NCBI GenBank assembly: GCA_044222475.1
Contig: JBGANF010000027.1
Location: 10,784-74,783, forward strand
DNA from: Polyangiaceae bacterium
GTDB taxonomy: Bacteria > Myxococcota_A > Polyangia > Polyangiales > Polyangiaceae
Reading direction: 5' to 3'
Length of the DNA: 64,000 bases
The position numbers and the translations under genes were made by a program. The notes under the pieces were generated by a model that saw only the letters and a program-made list of their open reading frames with translations, was not told the DNA's origin and made no database searches. Below, piece after piece: positions 21,132-29,339 of this stretch. Position 1 is the stretch's first letter; each line of letters starts with the position of its first letter.

Positions 21132-24071
21132 ATGGCGCGCCGAGAACCGAAGACCAGTGCGGCGAAACCCGTCGCGCCGGGTGAAGGCCGCATCGACGTC
21201 GTCGGCGCTCGGCAGCACAACCTCAAGGGCGTGACGATCTCGCTCCCGCGCGGAGCGATCGTGGTCCTCACCGGTCCGAGCGGGTCCGGCAAATCGTCGC
21301 TCGCGTTCGACACGATCTACGCCGAGGGCCAACGTCGCTACGTGGAGAGCCTCTCGGCGTATGCGCGCCAGTTCCTCGAACAGCTCCCCAAGCCCGACGT
21401 CGAGCGCATCGATGGGCTCTCCCCCGCCATCGCGATCGAGCAGCGCCCTCTCTCGAAGTCGCCACGATCGACGGTGGGCACCGTGACCGAGATCGCCGAC
21501 TACCTGCGCGTGCTCTACGCCCGGGTCGGCGTGCCTCACTGCCCGAGCTGCGGCAAGCGCATCGAGGCTCAGACCGTGCAGCAGATCGTCGATCGCGTGC
21601 TCTCGATGACCGACGGGACTCGGCTGTCGGTGCTGGCGCCCATCTGCCGCGCGCGCAAAGGCGAGCTGAAGCTCGAGCTCGAGCGTCTGCGACGCGAAGG
21701 TTTCGTGCGCGCGCGCGTCGACGGCACCGCCGTCGACCTCGGTGACGACATCGAGCTCGACCGAAACCGCGCGCACGACCTCGACGTCGTGGTCGATCGC
21801 GTGGTGTTGAAGGATGGCCTGCGAGCCCGCCTCACCGACAGCGTCGAGCTCGCCCTGAAGATCGGCGAGGGGCGCCTGCTCATCGCGCCCGAGCCGCAGC
21901 CGGGCGAGCCGCCGCCGGAGCCGTTCTGGCTCTCCGAACGCTTCGCCTGCGTCGACTGCGGGATCTCGCTGCCGCCGATCGAGCCGCGGATGTTCTCGTT
22001 CAACGGCCCACACGGAGCGTGTCCGAGCTGCGACGGGATCGGCTCGCGCGTCGTCGTCGACGCCGAGCGCATCGTGAGCGAGCCCACGCGAACGCTGCGC
22101 GAGGGTGCGGTCCTCGCGTGGGGCCGCCGCGGGTCGGTCGCGCTCGCGACCGAGCTCGCCCGCGCGACCGCGGCCCTCGGGGTCGATCCCGACAAGCCGT
22201 GGAGCGACCTGCCGGAGGAGCATCGCCGCGCGATCCTCTTCGGCGACGGCGACGAGAAGAAGAAGCGCGCACCGAAGGGGACGCCCAAGCGGCGCCCCTA
22301 CGAAGGCATCGTTCCGCGGCTCGAAGCGCGGCTCGAAGGCGGCGATCCCCAACCCGACGAGGGCGAGGACAGCGCGGAGTTCCCCGACGAGAGCGAAGGC
22401 GCCGTCGGCGAGGACGAGATCGGCCGCTTCTGCGTCACCCGAACGTGTGCATCCTGCAAGGGTCGGCGCCTCCGCCCCGAGGCGCTCGCGGTCCGCATCG
22501 AGCAGAAGGACATCTCCGAGCTCGGAGCGATGCCGCTGGAGAAGCTCCGCGCGTTCGTCTCGACGCTCGGCACGGCGACGTTTCCGCCGAAGGAGCTCAC
22601 GGTCGCCGAGCCGCTCCTCCGCGCGGTGGCAGCGCGCCTCGGCTTCCTCATCGAGGTCGGGCTCGACTACCTGACGCTGGATCGCAGCGCCCAGACGCTG
22701 TCCAGCGGCGAAGGCCAGCGCATCCGCCTCGCGACCCAGATCGGCGCCGCCCTCGTCGGCGTCCTCTACGTCCTCGACGAACCGTCGGTGGGTCTTCACG
22801 CACGCGACAACGAGCGACTCATCGAGGCGCAGGCGCGCCTCCGCGATCTCGGCAACACGGTGATCGTCGTCGAGCACGATCGCGAGGCCATCTTGGCCGC
22901 CGATCACGTCGTCGACATGGGGCCCGGCGCCGGCATTCACGGCGGGCAGGTGATCGCTCAAGGTACGCCCGAAGACCTGATGGCGAACCCGAAGTCGATC
23001 ACGGGTCCGTACCTCTCTGGGAAGCTCCGCCTTCCCCTTCCGGCGAAGCGCAAGTCGCGCCCGAAGAACGCGATCAAGGTGATCGGTGCGCGCGCGCACA
23101 ACCTCCAGAACGTGACGGTCGACATCCCGCTCGGTTTGCTGGTCGCGGTGACGGGCGTCTCCGGAAGCGGCAAGTCGAGCCTCGTCGTCGACACGCTCCT
23201 CCCGGCGGCGCGCTCACGTTTGTATTCTGCAAACTCTCCGATCGGCGAGTGCGACAAGGTCGCCGGGCTCGAGCACGTCGACAAGGTGATCAGCATCGAC
23301 CAAGCGCCGATCGGTCGTACGCCGCGCTCCAACTCGGCGACCTACACGGGAGTGTTCGCGCTCTTGCGCGAGCTCTACGCCGGTCTCCCCGAGGCGCGCA
23401 CCCGCGGGTACAAGGCGGGGCGTTTCTCGTTCAACGTGAAGGGCGGCCGGTGCGAGTCCTGCCAGGGCGATGGCGTGCTCCGCGTCGAGATGCACTTCCT
23501 CCCCGACGTGTTCGTCACTTGCGATACGTGCGGCGGCAAGCGCTACAACCGCGAGACTCTCGAGGTGCGGTACCGCGGGCTGTCGATCGCGGAGGCGCTC
23601 GAGCTCACGGTGGAGCAGGCCGCGCAGACGTTCGACGCCGTGCCGCGCGTACGCGAGCGCCTCGACGCGCTCGTCGCCGTGGGCCTCGGCTACCTCTCGC
23701 TCGGACAGCCCGCGACGACGCTGTCGGGCGGCGAAGCGCAGCGCGTGAAGCTCGCGCGCGAGCTCGCCCGCAAGGCGACCGGCAAGACGCTCTACGTCCT
23801 CGACGAGCCGACGACGGGGCTCCACTTCACCGACATCGAGGCGCTCCTCCTCTCGCTCTTGTCGCTGCGCGACCAGGGCAACACGGTGCTCGTGATCGAG
23901 CACAACCTCGACGTCGTCGCCTGCGCCGATTGGGTGATCGACATGGGCCCCGAAGGAGGCGACAAAGGCGGCGAGCTGGTGGCGGCGGGTACGCCGGAGC
24001 AGATCGCGGAGAACGCGCGCTCGCACACCGGGCGTTATCTCGCGGAAGTACTCACCCGGAACAAGAGGTAG
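21132..24071 (+). CDS. uvrA: Excinuclease ABC subunit A
   Basis: GARQHNLK, GPSGSGKSSLAFDTIYAEGQRRYVESLS, zinc fingers, second Walker A GVSGSGKS, LSGGEAQR, LDEPTTGLH. Confidence 0.98.
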   Translation: MARREPKTSAAKPVAPGEGRIDVVGARQHNLKGVTISLPRGAIVVLTGPSGSGKSSLAFDTIYAEGQRRYVESLSAYARQFLEQLPKPDVERIDGLSPAIAIEQRPLSKSPRSTVGTVTEIADYLRVLYARVGVPHCPSCGKRIEAQTVQQIVDRVLSMTDGTRLSVLAPICRARKGELKLELERLRREGFVRARVDGTAVDLGDDIELDRNRAHDLDVVVDRVVLKDGLRARLTDSVELALKIGEGRLLIAPEPQPGEPPPEPFWLSERFACVDCGISLPPIEPRMFSFNGPHGACPSCDGIGSRVVVDAERIVSEPTRTLREGAVLAWGRRGSVALATELARATAALGVDPDKPWSDLPEEHRRAILFGDGDEKKKRAPKGTPKRRPYEGIVPRLEARLEGGDPQPDEGEDSAEFPDESEGAVGEDEIGRFCVTRTCASCKGRRLRPEALAVRIEQKDISELGAMPLEKLRAFVSTLGTATFPPKELTVAEPLLRAVAARLGFLIEVGLDYLTLDRSAQTLSSGEGQRIRLATQIGAALVGVLYVLDEPSVGLHARDNERLIEAQARLRDLGNTVIVVEHDREAILAADHVVDMGPGAGIHGGQVIAQGTPEDLMANPKSITGPYLSGKLRLPLPAKRKSRPKNAIKVIGARAHNLQNVTVDIPLGLLVAVTGVSGSGKSSLVVDTLLPAARSRLYSANSPIGECDKVAGLEHVDKVISIDQAPIGRTPRSNSATYTGVFALLRELYAGLPEARTRGYKAGRFSFNVKGGRCESCQGDGVLRVEMHFLPDVFVTCDTCGGKRYNRETLEVRYRGLSIAEALELTVEQAAQTFDAVPRVRERLDALVAVGLGYLSLGQPATTLSGGEAQRVKLARELARKATGKTLYVLDEPTTGLHFTDIEALLLSLLSLRDQGNTVLVIEHNLDVVACADWVIDMGPEGGDKGGELVAAGTPEQIAENARSHTGRYLAEVLTRNKR

Positions 24072-24073
24072 CC

Positions 24074-24277
24074 ATGGGATGGGAATATCGATTGCTGAGG
24101 TTCGACGCCGCGAAAGGCTTCTTCCGTGATGCCGGCGACATCGACGACGACAGAGCGACCGACGAGCTGAACACACTCGGGGCGGAAGGCTGGGAGCTCG
24201 CCGGAACGTTCGAGACGAACGTCGTACAAGGCCGAACCGCCCACGTGACCTTCATCATGAAGAGGCCCAGGAAGTAG
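24074..24277 (+). CDS. DUF4177 family small protein
   Basis: WEYR...LNTLGAEGWEL...FIMKRP, 67 aa; follows uvrA after 2 nt. Confidence 0.85.
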   Translation: MGWEYRLLRFDAAKGFFRDAGDIDDDRATDELNTLGAEGWELAGTFETNVVQGRTAHVTFIMKRPRK

Positions 24278-24537
24278 TTCGGGAGATCTCGCGCGCGGAA
24301 GTGAGACCACGACTTCGAATGCTGCTCCGCATCCGGAGTGAGTTGCGAGACGCCGGCGGGGCGGCGCGCTGAAGTGTGGACAAGACTTCTGGAGGTGCTT
24401 CGCATCCGGAGTGAGTTGCGAGACGCTGGCGGTGCTTCGCGCGGGAGTATGGACAAGACTTCTGGAGGTGCTCTGCATCTGGCGTGAGGCGAGACCGAAA
24501 GGGTGCTTCGCATCTGGAGTGAGTCGCGAGACGCTTG

Positions 24538-24672
24538 CCTAGGTCACTCACGTAAGGGGCCCTGACGGCCCCTCGCGCGCTACGCGCGCTCACCCCACGG
24601 GCCATCTTCGTCGCTCCGCTCCTCGATGACCGAACGGGGGCTGCCGCCCCCCTCTCCCCCCGGCCTCCCAGT
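24538..24672 (-). repeat. Structured cassette, copy 1 (multi-hairpin element ending hairpin-12nt-CTAG)
   Basis: Alignable with the reverse complement of 24870-25007. Plus-strand stems AGGGGCC/GGCCCCT (24555-24573), GCGCG/CGCGC (24575-24589) and GGGGGC/GCCCCC (24636-24651). Confidence 0.8.
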
Positions 24673-24869
24673 TGCGGAGGTCGTCCCAAAGTGGGACGCA
24701 CAGACGCTCCGGGTCGAGTAACCACGAGCCTTCGGAGGGTGCTACGCGCCGAAGTGAGCTCCAAGACTTCCGTGCAGAGCAGCCCGATTCACCTTCGGAT
24801 GCAGGGCACCTTCGAAGTCTTGCCCTCACTTCGGCCCGCAGCACGCTTCGAAGTCTTGGCCTCACTTCC

Positions 24870-25007
24870 AAGCTTGGAGGCGGGGGGAGAGGGGGGCGCA
24901 GCCCCCGTTCCGGTCACCGACTCGCGGAGCGACGTCGTGTGACCGCGTGGGGTGAGGGTGCGTAGCACCCGAGGGCGATGCAATCGCCCTTTGTTAAGTG
25001 AACTAGG
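24870..25007 (+). repeat. Structured cassette, copy 2 (inverted relative to copy 1)
   Basis: Hairpins GGGGGC-GCA-GCCCCC, CGGTCAC..TCGC-GGA-GCGA..GTGACCG, GGGTGC-GTA-GCACCC and AGGGCGAT-GCA-ATCGCCCT, followed by 12 nt and CTAG (25003-25006). Confidence 0.8.
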
Positions 25008-25165
25008 CCAGCGTCTCGCAACTCACTCCACATGCGAAGCACGTTCCCAGCCGCGCCCTGACCCAGATGCGAAGCACGGCCCGCGTCTCGCAACTCACTC
25101 CCGATGCGAAGCACCCTCACAGCCGGACTCACTCCAGATGCGAAGCACGGCCCGGAACGACGCTC

Positions 25166-25528
25166 TCAGCCGAAATCTTTTTCCAGCCGCTCTTGGTCTT
25201 CCTTGCACTTGATGCAGAGGGTGGTCTCGGGCCGTGCCTCGAGCCGCTTCACGCTGATCTCTTCCCCGCACTCTTCGCAGGTGCCGAACGATCCGTCCTC
25301 GATCTTGGCCAGCGCCTTGTGGATCTTGTCGAGGAACGACTTCTCCCGCCCGCGGAGGCGGAAGGTGAACGACTGCAGGTACTCGCTCGATGCGAGGTCC
25401 ATTTCGTCCGGAAGATCATTCGCGTCGAGAGTCATGTCCTCTTCGAGCGTCTGCTTCGCCTTCTTGACGATTTCGTCGCGCTTTTCGGTGAGAAGCGTCT
25501 TGAACTTCTTCAGCTGCGTCTTGTTCAC
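25166..25528 (-). CDS. dksA: RNA polymerase-binding transcription factor DksA
   Basis: PDEMDLASSE (DxxDxA), RGRE, FGTCEECGEEISVKRLEARPETTLCIKCK four-Cys zinc finger; GTG start. Confidence 0.95.
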   Translation of the reverse strand: MNKTQLKKFKTLLTEKRDEIVKKAKQTLEEDMTLDANDLPDEMDLASSEYLQSFTFRLRGREKSFLDKIHKALAKIEDGSFGTCEECGEEISVKRLEARPETTLCIKCKEDQERLEKDFG

Positions 25529-25700
25529 TGCGGTTCGCTCCGCTCTGGATGGGTAACGCCCAACCGGTACATCGAGGGCGAAAGACGGTAGGCATCCACA
25601 CCGGTGCCGTCAACTGGCACCTCGAAAATCGTACGCCTGTGGAGAAAACGGGGCCTCCGCCACCCTCCACACGCCTTCGCGTTCGTGGCAGGGTTCGGGC

Positions 25701-26666
25701 GTGCGAATCCTGATGGGGATCGACGAAAACGGCCTCGGACCGCGCCTCGGGCCGCTGATCATCACCGGCGTCACCGTGAGCGTGACCGGCGATGGTGAGC
25801 GCGTCGCCAGCCGCGCGCCCGGCCGCTCGTTCGCCCGCATCGGCGACTCGAAAGCACTTGTAACCTACAAGGATTCGTCGCTCGGCGAGGCGTGGGCCCG
25901 CGCGCTCCTCCGCCGACTGGGCCGCCCGGCGAAGACCGTCGACGAGACCATCCACTCGATCTCGCTCGACCCTCGAGCGGCGCTGCGCGCTCCCTGCCCG
26001 GGAGACCATCACCACCAGTGCTGGCGCTCGGACGAGGCGTTCGCCGCCGACGACACGTTGGTCCACCAGGTCGGTCGCGACCTCGATCGCCTCGGCGCCA
26101 AGGGCATCTCGATCGTCGACGTGCGCGCGGTGATCGTCTGCGCGCAGAAGCTCAACGTCGCCGCCGACGCCGGCACGTCGCGCTTCGACGTGGATCTCCA
26201 CGCGATGGAGCGGCTCGTCCTCGCGTCGCGCGAGGCGACCGGGGACGAAGTCTTCGCCACCTGCGGCAAGGTCGGCGGGTACGACCGCTACTCGGCGGCC
26301 TTCGGTCCTCTCGCCGGCCGACTCCACGTCGCCATCGAGGAGGGCCGCAAGCGGAGCACGTACCGGTTCCCGACGGTCGGCGAGCTCTCGTTCGTCCGCG
26401 ACGCGGACGCGGGGAACCTCCTCGTCGCGATGGCGTCGCTCGTCGGCAAGTGGCTGCGCGACGCGCTCATGGCGCGCATCGTCCGCCACCACCGCGCCGC
26501 CGCCGGTGACGAGACGATCCCCGAGCCGAGCGGCTACCACGATCCGGTGACCGCGAAATTCGTCGACGCGACGTCGCTCGCGCGGAAGAAGCACGGTCTC
26601 CCCGACGACTGCTTCGAGCGGCGCGCGCGGGAGCCCGGACCCAAGAGTCAGCGGACGCCTGCGTGA
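25701..26666 (+). CDS. Divergent ribonuclease HII-like protein
   Basis: GIDENGLGPRLGPL (cf. DEAGRG), IGDSK, DADAGNLLVAMASLVGK..RD, SGY. Confidence 0.8.
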   Translation: MRILMGIDENGLGPRLGPLIITGVTVSVTGDGERVASRAPGRSFARIGDSKALVTYKDSSLGEAWARALLRRLGRPAKTVDETIHSISLDPRAALRAPCPGDHHHQCWRSDEAFAADDTLVHQVGRDLDRLGAKGISIVDVRAVIVCAQKLNVAADAGTSRFDVDLHAMERLVLASREATGDEVFATCGKVGGYDRYSAAFGPLAGRLHVAIEEGRKRSTYRFPTVGELSFVRDADAGNLLVAMASLVGKWLRDALMARIVRHHRAAAGDETIPEPSGYHDPVTAKFVDATSLARKKHGLPDDCFERRAREPGPKSQRTPA

Positions 26667-26672
26667 AGCCGA

Positions 26673-27809
26673 CTACTTGAGGAGCGCGCGGACCTTGGCG
26701 ACCTTCTCGTCCTTGGAGAGCCGCACGTCGCCCTGCTTGTCGAGCGGGAGCCCGACCTTGAACGCGCGCGGCTCGTCGCCGACGCCGACGACGAGGCTGC
26801 CCTTGCGGACGAACACCCACTCGACCTTTGGTCCGCCCTCGATGCCGTCGAGCACGACGACCGCTGCCTCGTCTCCGAGGTCCTTGAGCGGCATCGACCC
26901 GGGCGCGGACTTCAACGTCTTGAACGTGTCCTTCGCCTGCTCGGCGTCTTCTCGCTGCGCGGCGTAAAGGCGGTAGCGCTTCGTACCAACTTGGTAAAAT
27001 CCGACCGCGCCGGCGCCGGCGTTCTTGATCCCCAGCGCCTCCTTCTGGGCGTAGAGCACGCCGTTCGGCAGGCGCTCCGCTTCGGGCAGCGCCTTCGCCG
27101 ATACCGGCATCGCAGCGTCGGTCAGCTTCGCGGCGATGTCCTTGCCGAGAGCGGTGAGGATCACCTCGCTGCTCTTCTTGAGCTGCTCCGGGTTCTCTTG
27201 GTCGTTCGAGTACGTGAGCTCGAGGAAATACGGGCCGCGCTGCACGTACGCCTTGCCCGTGCCCATCGCGCCGAGCCCCGCGCCGACCGCCATCGGCTTC
27301 ATCGCCGACGGGTCGGCGGGATCGAGATCGGCGGTGAGTCGCGTCGTGAAGATCGTGTACGCGCCGTCGGCTTCGAACTGGCTGAGCATCGCCTCGACGC
27401 TGGCGGGGCCGCTGCCGTCGACGTAGCGCACGATGACCGTGCGCGTGACGCCGAAGTTTCGGTACTCCTCGCAACCGCCGTCGAGCGCGGTGTTGCAGAG
27501 CTCCTTGATCCCGAGCTTGCCCTTGTCACCGAAGCTCTTCGTGTCCGCGTGGGGATCGACGCAGTAGCCCGCGACCGTGCGACCGAAGAACGCGGCGCTC
27601 GGTGCGTCGCTCACGGTCCCGCCGCCGCCGACGCACGCACCGCCGCCGGCGGTGCTGGCCGAAGGGGGAGGCGGAGGCGGGGGCGTGCCCTGGGGTTTGG
27701 GGTCGTCCTTGCATCCGCCGAGAATGGCGACGCCGAGGGCGAGGGCGGCTCCCAGACACGCTAGCCGGCTAACAATTCCAGAGAGGGCGGGAGGGGGAAC
27801 GGCAAACAT
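26673..27809 (-). CDS. Lipoprotein, DUF6599-like
   Basis: Lipobox LGGC, poly-Pro linker, LDGGCEEYRNFG..VRY..GAYTIFT pattern. Start uncertain. Confidence 0.7.
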   Translation of the reverse strand: MFAVPPPALSGIVSRLACLGAALALGVAILGGCKDDPKPQGTPPPPPPPSASTAGGGACVGGGGTVSDAPSAAFFGRTVAGYCVDPHADTKSFGDKGKLGIKELCNTALDGGCEEYRNFGVTRTVIVRYVDGSGPASVEAMLSQFEADGAYTIFTTRLTADLDPADPSAMKPMAVGAGLGAMGTGKAYVQRGPYFLELTYSNDQENPEQLKKSSEVILTALGKDIAAKLTDAAMPVSAKALPEAERLPNGVLYAQKEALGIKNAGAGAVGFYQVGTKRYRLYAAQREDAEQAKDTFKTLKSAPGSMPLKDLGDEAAVVVLDGIEGGPKVEWVFVRKGSLVVGVGDEPRAFKVGLPLDKQGDVRLSKDEKVAKVRALLK

Positions 27810-27821
27810 GGCCGGTTCTTA

Positions 27822-27836
27822 TGGCAGTTCGGCTGC
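27822..27836 (+). promoter_or_regulatory. Possible sigma-54 -24/-12 promoter for the minor pilin operon
   Basis: TGGCAGTTCGGCTGC = GG-N10-GC, a partial match to TGGCAC-N5-TTGC, about 110 nt upstream of the first fimU ATG. Confidence 0.3.
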
Positions 27837-27948
27837 CCGGCGCACTACGCAACTTTTTCACAGTCCGCACTTCCTTTCGGGTGGGCGAAGGTGGGCGAAA
27901 AAGCGAAAACTGTACTATTCACGGCAGTTTGCGGGACGATCCCAAGCC

Positions 27949-28716
27949 ATGAAGCGCGGTATGCACCTTGCTCTGCACAGACCGATGGCCTTGCGTCAGT
28001 CCCGCCCCCGATCCGCCCGCACGCTCCGACGTGGGGGCACTCGTGGCTTCACCCTGGTGGAGCTGGCGGTCGTCGTCACGGTCATCGGGATCTTCGCGAT
28101 GCTCGCCATGCCGTCGATGGGCGACTCGCGCTACGACCGCATCGCCTACGACGACGCGGGCAGCATCATGGAGCTCGTCCGTAGCGCGCGCACCCGCGCC
28201 ATGGGTCGCGGCGCGGCGGTGATGGTCACGCTCACGACGAACAACACCATCGGCAACTTCCGCATGTACGAGGCGGTCGACCCGAACCCGAGCGGCGGAA
28301 ACGCAGCCGACGCTCGCATCCCGCGCTCGACCTGCATGAACCCGACCGCCGATGCGTGGAAGCCGGGCGACACGCGCAACGCGTTCATCGACGGCGTCGA
28401 CATGAACGGCGGCGCCGAGATCGACGGCAACTTCGCGGTGCGCATCGTGACCTTCGCCTCCGACGGCACCGAGAGCGTCATCCCGACGGCCTCCATCTGC
28501 TTCAACCCGGCGGGCCGCGCGTACCTGTACATCGGCGGTGGATCGCCGACCTTCTCCCCTGCCGCGCCGTTCCTCGGCACGATCGCGGTCGACGTCGTTC
28601 GCCTCCTTCCGGGCACGAGCGGCATCAGCGCCGCCAACCAGAAGGGCGTCGCCCGACGCATCCTCATTCCGTCCAGCGGCAACACCCGCATGGTCGCCGC
28701 CATCACCCTGCCATGA
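27949..28716 (+). CDS. fimU: Type IV minor pilin FimU/FimT-like
   Basis: Prepilin site RG|FTLVELAVVVTVIGI; ARTRAMGRG; ICFNPAGR. Start could be 27949, 27961 or 27985. Confidence 0.83.
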   Translation: MKRGMHLALHRPMALRQSRPRSARTLRRGGTRGFTLVELAVVVTVIGIFAMLAMPSMGDSRYDRIAYDDAGSIMELVRSARTRAMGRGAAVMVTLTTNNTIGNFRMYEAVDPNPSGGNAADARIPRSTCMNPTADAWKPGDTRNAFIDGVDMNGGAEIDGNFAVRIVTFASDGTESVIPTASICFNPAGRAYLYIGGGSPTFSPAAPFLGTIAVDVVRLLPGTSGISAANQKGVARRILIPSSGNTRMVAAITLP

Positions 28717-29339
28717 AGACTCGATCCAAGAAGCGCCCCCTGAACCCGTTCCGCCGCGGCTACACCGCGGTCGAGGTCCTGCTTTCGATGACGGTGCTCG
28801 CCATCGGCGCGACCGGGGTCATCGCGATGCAGCGCGCGGCGGTTCAAGGCAACGTCGACGCTCGCGAGCTCGACATGGCCAACGCAATCGGCAACGAGTG
28901 GATGGAGCGACTCAAGCGCGACGCCACCCTGTGGACGCCGGCGACCGTCGCCGTCGTTCCGCCGGCAAACCTCGGACGCGCGGTCCTCGTGAACGAGAAC
29001 ATCACCGGCGCGTGGTTCGTCCCGAAGGCGCGCCTCGTCGCCGCCGCGCCGCAGAACGACGTCGAGAGCCCCGGCTTCGACACGCTCGGCCGCGACGTCA
29101 GCTCGCTCGACTACACCGGCACCGGCCTCCGCTACTGCGTCAACGTGCGCCTCACCCCGATCACGACCGACCAGACCATGATCCGCGCCGAGGTCCGCGT
29201 CTATTGGCCCCGGCTCCTCACCGCATCGCCCGACCCGAAGTTCTGCAACCAGGTCCCACCGGCATCGCTCGATCTCGAGACCGACAAGTACCACTTCATC
29301 TACCTCGTCTCCGCCATCCGGCAGAACGCGCAACCATGA
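28713..29339 (+). CDS. pilV: Type IV minor pilin PilV-like
   Basis: RG|YTAVEVLLSMTVLAIGATGVIAMQ; MERLK; VRVYW. ATGA coupling at both ends. Confidence 0.85.
   Translation: MKTRSKKRPLNPFRRGYTAVEVLLSMTVLAIGATGVIAMQRAAVQGNVDARELDMANAIGNEWMERLKRDATLWTPATVAVVPPANLGRAVLVNENITGAWFVPKARLVAAAPQNDVESPGFDTLGRDVSSLDYTGTGLRYCVNVRLTPITTDQTMIRAEVRVYWPRLLTASPDPKFCNQVPPASLDLETDKYHFIYLVSAIRQNAQP

Larger units (their letters stand above)
24286..25148. repeat. Palindromically arranged array of 34-37-bp repeat units (REP/BIME-like) with two embedded structured cassettes
   Basis: Plus-strand units start at about 24286, 24322, 24359, 24395, 24432, 24468, 24503 and 24739 (type A GTGCTTCGCATCCGGAGTGAGTTGCGAGACGC; type B GTGCTWCGCGCSGRAGTGAGGNCAAGACTTC). 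Minus-strand units end at 24809, 24844, 25042, 25077, 25114 and 25148. Confidence 0.9.

Noticed and set aside
24990..25010. Integron attC or dif/Xer site (GTTAAGT)
   Set aside because: No matching RYYYAAC inverse core at a suitable distance, the motif is not conserved in cassette copy 1, and there is no integrase and no XerC/XerD arm match.
24286..25148. CRISPR array
   Set aside because: Units are degenerate and nearly abutting, the intervening sequences resemble each other rather than being unique spacers, orientation flips mid-array, and no cas genes are in the window.
24035..25591. ORF-track ORFs across the repeat region (e.g. 24052-24513, 24255-24764, 24691-24942, 24952-25212)
   Set aside because: They are translations of DNA repeats whose 73-bp period is not a multiple of 3, and several overlap real genes in antisense.
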